This document shows, piece by piece, positions 36,491 through 48,838 of a DNA stretch of 64,000 nucleotides. A program made the translations under genes and the position numbers. Each line of letters starts with the position of its first letter. Position 1 is the stretch's first letter. Below the pieces are notes generated by a model. It was not told where the DNA came from. It saw only the letters and a program-made list of their open reading frames with translations, and did not search any database. Origin of the DNA: Octopus sinensis (lineage: Eukaryota); the NCBI RefSeq assembly GCF_006345805.1, contig NC_043010.1:60574001-60638000 (forward strand), in the 5' to 3' direction.

Positions 36491-38829
36491 CACACAAGAT
36501 ATTATATGTCTATGTATATATAATGCATATATATATATATATTTATAAGTAAATATATAGAGAAAGAAAAAGTATGAATTGCAGTATATTATATACATGA
36601 CATTAATGAAAAATAATTTAAATTTACTTATATAGTTCATTTTCTGACAGATGTATATATATATCTGTCAAAAAACATTGATTGATAGCCAATAAGACTG
36701 AGTGTTGGTAATGAATGTCAATATAGTTTATATCTGTTTTGTTTTAATAATTATACTGATTAAATCTTCAAGTTTCTATAGCTTTAATTAACTTTAACAG
36801 ATCTCTCCTCTAATATCTCTCTCTTTATATATATCCCGTTAAATATCCATTATACATTCCTTTGTATAATACACTATGAATATTTGTTAGTATTATTATT
36901 ATTGTTAAGGTGGTGATAAATATAATTTAGTGTAGATTTGCTATTTAAGCTATTTGTTGTGAGATATAAACTGATGATATTGTCATGTGTTGTTTAAATA
37001 TATTAACTTTGACAAGAGATGAATGTTAAGAATTGATCAGAAATAATATCATCTTCCTACAAGCTAACAGACATCACATTATTATAGGTCTTCTTTGCTA
37101 AATATAATGTAACAGAAACATTTTATGTTTACAAAATCTAAATAGTATATGCAAATAGGAATTAAATATCTACATATTTCATAAAGATGATTATACATAT
37201 TTTACCATTAACAACATTCATGCCAACATTTTTGTATCCATAAAAAATCTCATTGTAAAATATTTCTGCATATTTTTATAAACTGTTCTGCTTTGATATT
37301 AATCCCACTGCATTAGGTTTTAATCATTATTGTGTCAATATAATTTCAATATACTATGAAATATCAGTATAGTTTGAAGAGTAGTTTCACATAAAATATT
37401 CCTGGAAGATATTGGTTGATTATATGAAAGATATATCTTCAACCCAGAATATCATTTTTTGAATCTTTAGCTTTGTGAGTCCAAACTCTTTATTTCTCAA
37501 GATTATTACACATTGACTTTATTATGACTTTGATCCATTCCAGATAGGGTCCAGTCTATGATCCTAGGTATGTTTTCTATATCTCTCTAATCCCTAATGA
37601 TTGACACTTTTCCCTACCTAGCAGTTTTAAAGGGTCTTAATATTTCTCTCTAAAGACAATATATCATTCAATCTATCTATAAACTTTCACAGCAGGATGC
37701 CCTTCCAAATGCCAACCACCTCACTGTGTGGACTGGATGCTTTCTTACACTAACCACAAATCCTACTCTTTCCTCTTCAGAATTTCTGTCCTCAAGAATT
37801 CCCTTTTTTTTTTCCTGCTGCTATTAACTTTGTACTTTCCAAGAAAATTATTGACTGTATTGACCTCACTGATGTGAGAGGGCTTGCGAGACCCTTAAGT
37901 ACAGCCCTTTCCTCCACACTTAACCATTTTCAAGATAACTTTGACCGATCTGTTCTCAATACATGCATTCCAACTTTAAAAATCTATTTAAATTTTAAGG
38001 TTTCTCCTTTCATTCAATGAAGGCAATAATATTGTAAAGGTTAGTTATTATCAGTTGAATTGACCACACAAAGTGTGTAGGGCATCTTTTGTTGACTTCT
38101 GTTGAATGGAAAGACATATTTGATCCTTACAAAACAGGGATCAGAAGTAATAAACATTTTCCAGATGCTTTTATCTAGGCCGAAATAATGTCTTCACCAC
38201 TTAACCCTTTCTAACCTCTTCTACTTCACCAAAAGATAGAATAGAGATACAAGACCACCAACTAAATCTATTGTTCACAATGATATGTCTGTCTTTCTGG
38301 ATAGTTATAAAAGCAAGCACACCCCAAGCAAAAATCAGTTAATCACAGTCAGTGACAACTCACCGAGTTCAGTCGCATGATGACGACTCAATGACAACAA
38401 AGTCTGGCTGACCAGCTACAACCTTGGTCAGAGGGAGAAATGAAGTTTACTGTCAGCAACTGTGAGACAACACCCTACAACTCACACTAGCTCTAACTCT
38501 GTTCTCTTACAACATCAGTCTATCTCTCTCTGTAATTACAACTAAACAATGCACAGAACACATGTTTGCATGCTTTAGGATTTATCATAACCTGCCTGTC
38601 ACGGCAAGATATTGTAACGTAATGGTAAATAAATATTTCCTTAAAAACTTCATGCACTGTTCATCTTTCACATCCTACAGTATGCAATTATAACAACAAA
38701 TTTTTATTGTTACAACTACTGACATCGACATCATCATTATATTGTGTAACTAATCAATTTCTCCCACTACAAGTGGTGACCTCGACTCCTATTAAAAACT
38801 TTATCATCACAGGTACATAGGCAATACAG

Positions 38830-38988
38830 ACAGACAAGCACACACATACATACACAAAAGAAAAAATACATGACCATATACGCACACTCCACACACACAA
38901 ACACATGAATATGCAGAATACATACATACAAACGTACACATGCATCCATATATATATGCATACACACACGCATGCATACATACGTACA

Positions 38989-39019
<31 letters not shown>

Positions 39020-39050
39020 GTGTATACACATGCACACAAACAAACAAACA
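38830..39050. repeat. (CA)/(TACA)n low-complexity tract
   Basis: Read directly. Confidence 0.85.
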
Positions 39051-39708
39051 GAACACAGCTCTGATAACGGACAGTCAAGAATTATTGAAAAGATTGTAAG
39101 AAGCAACGAAAATTTTAAGAAAAAATATAAATGAGTGGAAATTGACCCTTTGAGTGTATTAATTAATAAGGCATTAAAACAGAATGAGTGTTCCCAGACT
39201 ACGAAATATGCTTTAACACACAAATTCGCATAAAGAATTTTGCAAACCAAGTAGAAAAATGAAACAAGAAAGTTGCAAGTTTATTCCAGGGAGGTAACTC
39301 TGCATATTTCTGGGAACGTAATTACGACGGAGTGTTCAGATATTTAATATTCGAAGTTGAAATTTTTCAATTTACCAAGATTAACCGTGAATATGGGAGG
39401 AAAACATTCCTTCAGGGAAAGATTGAGATTTGTTAAAAGTAAAATTTAATTAAAAAGCCTGAAATAAAGGAAAATACCTATCAAATTTTGTCTAACTTTT
39501 AGGGAAAAAAAGGAAAATGCATTATGAGAGTTGATGTGGTCTTATATCAAATTGTGAAAGCAACAGAGAATGCTTTAGCTATATTAGACCTTTTCATGTC
39601 AAAAAATCTCCTCAGTTGGCAAGATGAAGTGAGACACACAGACACACACTCTCTGTCTCTCTAAATGTAGTGGTCCTGAAAAGATCTAATAACAATCAAA
39701 CTTAATAC

Positions 39709-39982
39709 ATTGCTATATTTAAGAGATGAGGAATTATGTACCTTATTTACATTATTTACATTTGATGGATATTTGTCCTCATCTTGTTTATTAGCACAAC
39801 GTTTCCGCTGATATACCCTCCAGCTTTTATCAGGTGTCTTGGTGAAATTTTGAACTTGGGTTCTTATTCCTAAGGTATTTTTCCATATTATTATTATTAT
39901 TATTATATTATTATTATTATTATTATTATTATTTTGTTATTATTATTATCATTCAGGTCACTGCCTGTAATCGAACTATGCT
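39709..39982 (-). mobile_element. SINE-like element with (AAT)n and degenerate minimal hammerhead; head truncated
   Basis: Minus strand: GTTCGATTACAGGCAGTGACCTGAAT, (AAT)n, then GACAC-CTGATAA-AAGCTGGAGGGTATATCAGCG-GAAACGTT-GTGCT (39793-39838). Confidence 0.7.
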
Positions 39983-39992
39983 ATATGCCAGT

Positions 39993-40063
39993 GGGCATAT
40001 GGCGTAGTGGTTAAGAGCGTGGGCTACTAACCCCAACATTCCGAGTTTGATTCCAGGCTGTGA

Positions 40064-40101
<38 letters not shown>

Positions 40102-40213
40102 TAAATAATACCAACAACAACAACTTCGAAAAATACCTTAGGATTGAGAACCCCAAAAGTTCAAAATTTCCCCAAGACACCCGAGTTTTGATTCCAGGCT
40201 GTGACCTGAATAC

Positions 40214-40252
<39 letters not shown>

Positions 40253-40408
40253 CAACAACAACAACTTCGAAAAATACCTTAGGATTGAGAACCCCAAAAG
40301 TTCAAAATTTCCCCAAGACACCCGATGAAGGCTGGAGGGTATATCAGCTGAAACGTTGTGTTGACAACAAACAAGATGTAAATATCCATCAAATATAAAT
40401 AATGAACA
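39993..40408 (+). mobile_element. tRNA-headed SINE with (AAT)n, 140-bp internal tandem duplication and minimal hammerhead motif
   Basis: A box TGGCGTAGTGG, B-box-like GAGTTTGATTCC. Duplication 40041-40180/40181-40321. Hammerhead-like GACAC-CCGATGA-AGGCTG..CAGCT-GAAACGTT-GTGTT at 40317-40362. Confidence 0.75.
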
Positions 40409-40910
40409 ATCAATCTTATCAAGTACCTTCAAATCCAAAAATACTTCCATACAGCATTTTCTTATTTTCAAAATTTTCACTTCATCAAGTCCATTAAAAT
40501 TGTCTACATTAGAAATTGCTTTTAAATTTTAGACACCCTAAAATGAGGGATGGTGTTTCTGATGGTTTCATCAATAATCTGGGTTCATCACAGATTTCCA
40601 ACTCACATTATATTTGAGACATTACCATGTTTCAGAATAATAACCAGAAGTTTTTCTTTCTCTCGTAGTGCTCACATGGTAATGCACATTCTCAGAGCAT
40701 ATGAGTTTCTTTTTGTATCACTTCAGTTCTTCATTTTTGTTTCAGGTGGTGAGATGGGTAACTTTTTCATTACTTTTCACTCTGTTGGAAATAACATTTA
40801 CACCATAAATATTATAATTTTCTTTTATTTAATTATTCCATAGTCTTTACATATGTTTGTTGTCTTTTGTAGCAATTTCTCCTGCTAAAGTGTGATGAAG
40901 AATCCCAGAC

Positions 40911-43900
40911 ATGACACCATATATTGGTCTACTGTGTCTTCTACATTTACTGATCACCCTTGTACTGTCCATAGATATTACATACCATGTCAAGGAAGAA
41001 GACAGACCTCACACCTATATAGGAGACATTGCTGTTGACTCCAACTTATCACACCCTCTCACACATCAACAACACACTCTCATTACATTTACACAACTAC
41101 AAAGGACAGTCGAGAGTGGTTCTCACTTATTTAATGTCACCAACTCAGGAAAACTATACACAACTCAAACACTAGATGCTGAGTCTCTGTGTACATACAA
41201 CAAGGAATGTTCCAGAATTGTTAAAGTAGCAGTGAGGAAAGAAGAAACATTTATGAAAATATTGAAGATAAAAATTTTGATAGAAGACATCAATGACCAT
41301 TCTCCAGAATTTCCAGAGAATGAAGTTGAAATTCGATTTTCAGAAAGAGATAGAAAAGGAGATAAAATCCCAATTCTAAATGCCATTGATGAAGATATTT
41401 CCATAAAAAATTCTCAGATTACTTATATGATTAAGGAAAGTAAGAGAGAACCATTTTCTCTCTCTGTTACAAAGCGTGACAGTATTTTCATACCTGAATT
41501 AATTCTAGAAGATAAACTAGATAGGGAGGTAAAAGACTCATATATGTTGAACCTGGAAGCTAAAGATGGAGGGAATCCTCCCAAAACAGCTACACTCAAG
41601 GTACACATATCTGTGACTGATTTTAATGATAACATACCTGTATTTTCACAGAAACTCTACAACATCTCTATTACTAATTCACATCAAAGACATTTACCAA
41701 TTCTTACTTTAAAAGCCACAGATCAAGATTCTGGAGACAATGGAAAGATTTCTTACCATTTCAACCATAAAACATCTCGAAATATCCAGAAATATTTTGT
41801 ATTGGATAAGAACACTGGAGATATATTTTTACATGATAATTTTCATTTCAGTAAAAAGCAGTCTTATAAATTATTTATAGAAGCAAGAGATGGAGGGAAT
41901 CCCCCTCTCAAATCAGTAGCCAGAGTTCACATTTATGTTATTAATAACCAGAATAATGCTCCATTAATAAATATAGATTTTGTATCTCCTTTAACAGAGA
42001 GCTCAGCAGCAGTTTCAGAAGCAAGTAAAATTGGTAGTTTTATAGCTTATGTTATGGTCACTGACACTGATAGTGGACCTAATGGTGAGGTTATCTGTGA
42101 TTTAAAACATGATAAGTTTAAACTTGCCAAAATAGATTCTAAAGAATATAAAATGATTGTTAAGGGCCACCTTGACAGAGAAATAAGGGACCACTATAAA
42201 GTATATATTGTGTGTCATGACATGGGGTCACCTCAACTAGAAAGTAAGAAATATTTCTCTGTCAAAGTAACTGATGTCAATGATGTAGAACCACATTTTA
42301 CCAAAGAGACATTCCAATTCCTCACATATGAAAACCAGAAAGTTGACTTCCCTATTGGCTTCATCAATGCTACAGACCCGGATCTTGGAGATGGAGGCCA
42401 ACTTACATATTCTATCATCAATGATAACAACAATGATAACATTCCTTTCCAACTGACAAAATATGGATTTATTTCTACATCACAACCAATAGATCGAGAA
42501 ATGAAAGACATCTATAAGTTCAAGGTTTTAGTGAAAGATAATGGAACACCTTCTCTCAATGACACTGCCAATATTGTTATTGAGATTCTAGATAAAAATG
42601 ATAATGCTCCGTATTTTACGTTTCCTAATAATGACCCTTACAATCATGATGTCCACTACCATCCACACAGTAAGAAGGACATCACAATTCTGAAAGCATC
42701 TGACAAAGACACTGGAAACAATGCTTTCCTCACATATGGAATACTGAGATCCAATGATAAAAACCTGTTTACAGTGAACTCACACACTGGTGTGTTATCT
42801 TTCTCTCGCACAGTTTACCAAAATGATGCAGGAACATATGAGCTGCAGTTTATAGTGAAAGACGGTGGTACACCAGTTCAATCAGCAACAACTGCTATCA
42901 TACTAACACTGTTTGTTAGTAATGATACATCTCCAATGTTGACTGCTGTGCCATTCCAGTCTGGTCACGACCTGAATATGACTTGGGTAATTATCATTGT
43001 AGCAGCAGCTGTAATACTATCTGTGGCTATTGTAGTGTCCATAACACTGTGTGTTTTCAGATGTATTAATCACACAAATAACTCACCCACAACAGCAGAG
43101 AATCCCAACTTTCTCTCTCAGACTGAGATGAGACAATTACTGTATCAGACTAACAATCCTGTTGCAATAACGAGAAATGCAGAAGAGATATTTAACCGAA
43201 ATCTTCAGACAATAAAATCTAAAAGTCAGTTTTTTCTGGAGATGGAACAGACACCAGATGAGTGGAAATTCTCCACAACACAGAGGAGACTTCCACCTGT
43301 GCCTCAGGTAAATATTATTTTGGGTAATAGATGTTTTTGTTTTATTTCTTATTATTTTAAGAGTATTTTATTCTTTATTCACATACGCACAATTATTACT
43401 ACAGAAAACTCACATTCAGTCCCTCTTGTGTACAAAATTTTTTGTCTTTAGTTAATATTTTTTGTATAGCTTTTGCCATTTGAATTGATTATTTTGTATA
43501 ATGTCACAGATATCAAAACAGTTACAGTATTCATTATAGAAATGCAATACACTTTATATACAAACAAATAATTAGGAGTGATCTAAACTTGTATTGATAT
43601 AAGATTCCTCTTTCTATAATCAACAGAGATGTGATTCAATCCATAGTCAAGGACGTCGCACAAGTTCCATCATGTCTTACAACAGTGACACCTTAACATC
43701 CCAAAAGGACAGAGAAGCTAGCAAGAGTAATGGCAAGACTAAACCATATGATGAGATACCTGCAGAACCAGGTAACTTTTATCAAAACATAACATACAAA
43801 TGTAATTGCCTTTATTACTGTAGGACAATATATAATGTTATGCTTAGTGTAATATAAGATCAATGTTTCTATCTTTATATATTGGAGTTGTTATATTGAA

Positions 43901-44015
43901 ATGTAATTTGTGTTTGTATATTTGATATTTTGCAGAATATACCAATGACAATCCAGTTGCAGCCACAATACTAAAGGGACAACAAATACAAGATACCTAT
44001 CTACAGCCAACATAG
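40911..44015 (+). CDS. Pcdh: Protocadherin copy F, intact, 873 aa predicted
   Basis: join(40911..43307,43627..43771,43936..44015). 799-codon first coding exon with canonical GT-AG introns. Confidence 0.93.
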
Positions 44016-44855
44016 TAGATGTTCCATGACTATTGTTAAATGAGTCTCTCACACATCAAATCTTATACAATACTTTATATTCATATAAAAATATCAACTC
44101 TATGTTTCTTTCACACATCACACATAAAGGGCTTTACATTGGCATCTGTTATGACCCCTAATTTACATTTCTGAAGCATTAAATACTAGAAACACCTTAT
44201 TTTTATATTACCATAGTACATTAGTATAAAATAATTATTTTACTTTCATTTTGGTATAGGCGTTTTACTAAACATAGATAAATTAATCTGGGTCATCCTA
44301 GAATGTTTAATTGTAGCATCTTTTAGTTTAACACCAATTCTAACATGTATCTTCTGCTGTTTTACCTTTATTTACAACTTTTATCTGCATTTCCTTTCTC
44401 TATCAGCTCTAGAAGTACTTTTACTAATTACCAGATGGATAATTGTTTTAGAGGTAAATGGCAGACCTCTAAAAGTAAAGATAAATACCAGCACCTAATC
44501 ATTTTTGAACTTTAGTTAAATTTTATAAATTGAAAAGTTTCATCTTTTACTAAGTCAGATAGTGAAGGTAGATTAGAATATTTCTGGAAAATTCATTTTG
44601 GCTTTCAAAATAATTCTTTGGAAATATTTTCATTTTTACAATTAGAATTAGTTTACTTTAAACTTTAATTAAAATAAACTTTAAAAGTGGTCAAATTTTG
44701 GTTGTCTTTACTAAAATTTACATCTCTCTTAAAAAGAAAAAAACGATTTACAGTTGTATGATAATAAGTTTTGAATTTTTCATGCAAATTTTTAGTTTCT
44801 CAACATGAAATGTGTAATATATTGTTATTATTACATATCAGTTATGGAGTTGCTT

Positions 44856-45550
44856 CTATTTAACATGGATTCTGTTACTTGATGTGTTTGTGTGACACAG
44901 ACCACATTGCAGTAATTTCCTATTGGATGAGAGAGATTTTCTATATTTCTTTCAATATTGAAAGTGAGGCTGATAGCTTTTTTCTTTGTTCATCATACAC
45001 ACAATTGTGTGTGTGTGTGTGTGTGGAGGACATAGAGTTGTAACTAGCACACACCAGCATCTGGCTAACATCTCACCTCCCACTACATACAGCAACTGTC
45101 ACACTATTATATCAGCAGTTACACAGGAACAGCAGCAGCAGCAGCAGTAACACAGGAACACTACTACAACAGCAGCAGTACCACTATAATACCACTACAG
45201 CAGCAGCAGCAGCAGTTGGAGTGGAACACTACAGCAGGATACACATCATCCATCACACACAACTACAGTGAAGGATTAAACAATGCAGGTAAGTCTCTCT
45301 CTCTCTCTCCTCTCTCTTTCTCTTTATTATCTTTTCATATTCATTATAACATTTATATTATTTGTGTTTCTAATGAAAGACAGGGTAAGGATAATATCTA
45401 AAATGTCTGCCATGTTGTATATATACAGGGACTGGGACAGTGGAGGATCGAGAGATCTAGCCATGACTTCCACCATTAACAACAGCAAGAACTGCAGTAG
45501 TCATTGTAATTCAATTACTTTGAACTGGATTATGTCTTTTAATGTCAGAA
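44856..45550 (+). promoter_or_regulatory. Conserved non-coding block 6
   Basis: ATTGG 44922, donor CAG|GTAAGT 45288/45289. Confidence 0.55.
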
Positions 45551-45910
45551 TCACACAAGACTCATTAAACAAGAGATATTAAATTATATACATTGTTATG
45601 ATATATTTCATATATAATATTGGTCTAATATAGTCCAAACTAGATGTATATATATATATTTATTTCAGTGTCAGAAAACGTTGATTAAAAGTCAATAAGA
45701 CTGGATGTTAATAATGTATGTCAATATAGTTTATATCTGTTTTGTTATAATAATTCACTAATTAAATCCTAATCTTTCTTTAGTTTTAATGACCTCTAAC
45801 ACATTATAAATTTTTCTTTATATATAATTATATATGTGTGTGTGTATTTAATCCATGTTAAATATCCATTATATATCTCTTTGTATAAAAGAAACAAAGA
45901 CTTTGTCACC

Positions 45911-47512
45911 ATTCTTGTTGTTGTTCTTTTCCTTCTCAGACTGCTCGGTCTTGTTTGCTCCAGTAGATTCTGTGAGAGTGGACAGCATCCTGCTGTCAGA
46001 GGTCTCACAGGGTCTCTTTCTGCACATTATAAGCTTTGATACTTGGTTGTTAATTATCATAGGAGATATTCAGACATTTAACATTCAAGTACCAATCTCA
46101 AAATCCTAGCTGTCCCCAGTAGAGCAGTTTTTTTGGGTTTTCTCTGATCTCATGTCAATTCCAATTTCTTGACATATTTCTTGAACTTTGTTGTTAGTGC
46201 TCTGAGTGCCCCTACAACTACTGGAATGACAGACACTCTCCCCATAGACCACATTCTTGCAATTTTGTTTTTTTAGTAGTCTGTACTTTTCCATCTTTTC
46301 TAGTTCTTTGTCACTTATGCATTCAGCCCCAGGTATTGCATTATCTATAATCTTGATTTCCTTTTTCTCCTTCATCTACCACAACAGTGTCTGGTCTCCG
46401 AGCATTGATTAGGAAGTCACAGTGAATTGCAAAATGCCACAGTATCTTATATTCATTGTTCATACCATTTCCATGCTCTGTCCAGGCCATACTTTTCACA
46501 TAGTCTCCAGTGAACAAACTTAGCCATGTTATCATACCTCCTTTTGTACTTTTGGGCCAGCTTACTACACTCACTCACAATATGCGAGATTCTTTTATTT
46601 TTGCTGCCACACATCCTACAAAGGAGTAATTCACTGCTCTTATCTATTTGGAACTTGTTGTAGTTAGTTTTCAGAGCATGTTCCTGAGCACTGCATTTCA
46701 ATGCCACAGGGATCCTTTCAGATCACTTTTTCTTAGCCATCTCCAAGCATTGATCTTGTCTTTTCCTTCAATTTCTCTCAAGTATTGCCCATGCAGTGAT
46801 TTCATTTTCCAGTTGTTTACTCTTTCTTCTTCATGTTGTTTCTTAAATGTTTTGTGGTTGCATCACATTTTCAGTGGGTATTTTATTATTATGTGTAACT
46901 GTAAGAAGCAAGGATTCTCTTTGCTGTTTGATGTACCATGCCAGACTTTTCTTCTCATTGTCAACACAGATCTTGCATCCTATAAGGCCTCTTCCTTCCC
47001 TGTTCCAAGGCACATACAGCCTGTCGCTATTGCGTTTGGGGTGTAGTTTCTTGTTAATTGCCGTCACTTTTCTGCTTTTTCTGACCATTTCTTCTAGCTT
47101 GTTCTTTGTCCACCTAACAACACCTGCATGATATCATATTAAAGAAACAGCCCATGTCTTCATTGCCCTGATCTACCATTGAGCCTACTTCCCATAATTA
47201 ATTTGGTTCTTCTGAGATATTCTTGCTTAAAGCTTTCCTTCATTTTGTCATATTCCAAAATCCCCAAATACTTTTATACATTTGTCTCAATATCCCTGAT
47301 TTTCTTGCCGTTGGGTAGTTCTACACTAGTAGACACCACTTTGCCTTTCCATATCATAAGCATACCACACTTTTTAGTTCCAAATTCCATTTCAGTATCC
47401 TTACTGAATATCTGCACTGTTGAAACTAGGTCGTTTATTTTATGTCCAGTCTTCCCAAAGATCTTTAAGTCATATATAACAGGTGATTTAATTTTCTTCT
47501 ACTTTTCAAGGA

Positions 47513-47515
<3 letters not shown>
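45911..47515 (-). mobile_element. 5'-truncated, decayed R4/Dong-clade LINE (RT C-terminus, zinc knuckle, restriction-like endonuclease)
   Basis: Minus peptides LHPKRNSDRLYVPWNREGRGLI, CRMCGSKNKRISHIVSEC (CCHC), RRPDTVVVD, IIDNAIPG, KELEKMEKY, QKTALLGTARILR. (AAC)n-like tail near 45915. Confidence 0.85.
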
Positions 47516-47544
<29 letters not shown>

Positions 47545-47547
47545 TAC

Positions 47548-47950
47548 TTTTTTTTTTCTTCTTTCAAATTTGCTTCCATTTCTTGCCGAGTGTCTTCCCG
47601 ACTCCTAGGGCAAAGAAACTCATAGTATACATTGGTAGGCCATTAAACTAAACTCAATAGTTCATTCATTTTTTTTTCTTTAAGTTAAATTAAAATACAT
47701 GGGTAGTAATAATTCTCACATCGACAATGCTCTTCTCAATACGTGTGATGTACCAGTTAAGACAATCTTTTGCACTTCTTGCAGGGATGGTAAGCCAGGG
47801 ATCATTCTCATATAATTTTCGGTTCCCTTCTTGATCATTCCTAGTGCTCCTACGATCATTGATATTGTAACCGCCTTGAGATGCCACATTTTCTCAATTT
47901 CAATGAATAGGTCTTTATATTTTCTGAGCTTGTCAAACTCTTTCGCTGAA
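47548..47950 (-). mobile_element. Second, short 3' fragment of an R4/Dong-clade LINE
   Basis: Minus strand reads SAKEFDKLRKYKDLFIEIEKMWHLKAVTISMIVGALGMIKKG...LQEVQKIVLTGTSHVLRRALSM*. Bounded by (ATT)n on both sides. Confidence 0.8.
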
Positions 47951-47952
47951 GA

Positions 47953-48006
<54 letters not shown>

Positions 48007-48838
48007 GATGGCAATATATATAAGTTGGTGTAGATTTGTTATTTAAGATATAATTTATTGAGATGTGAATTAAATTGGAAATTTATATTTGTGATGTTAA
48101 TGAATACACAAGCATTTTTTAATTCTGTGAATTAATGTGTATATTTCTAGTTATAATGTCAGTTTATTCCTAAAGGTTTAATTATACTAAATTTTAAATA
48201 TTTAGTTTCATTTAACACTTTCATTACCAACCTGGTTGAAACTGCCTCTGGCTCTTGTTTTCATAAGTTTTGAATTAAAATCTTCCACCAAACCTTAGAC
48301 ACAATTTATGTTCCTAACACTAGCTGAATGATAACTAAGTTATTTTACTAAATTCTTTGTTATATTTAAAGTAATTGAAAGAAATACAGAGCATCTCAAA
48401 ATAAATGCAGTAACGAATGGGTAAAACAATGTATTGCATCTGTTCCAACAAATATTTTGGTGAGTGTATAAATCTCATTACAACAAAAACTATTTGTTCA
48501 CTAATTGTCAAAGTCAAATAAACACAGAACCTACAACACATTGTTTCACACATAGTAATGTCTTTTATATAAGGAATTCTGAATGATAAATAATGAGACA
48601 TATTGACAATTCAGATCAGGCTGTTTTATTCTGTAGAGATAAGCCTACCCATTAATGACTGTCACGTCAGGAAGAGATGGTTATAAAAATGGAATGTCGC
48701 ATGTAACATAGAATATTTACATATGTATATGTATATAACATCAACCCATTATTGTTTCTATAAGAAATTTTACTTTCTCTATTCCTCTTTTCTTTTGTAG
48801 CAATTTCTCCTGCTAAAGTGTGATGAAGAATCCCAGAC

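Noticed and set aside
39993-40070. tRNA gene
   Set aside because: Has A and B boxes but no complete cloverleaf and continues into a SINE body; the same applies to 450-531.
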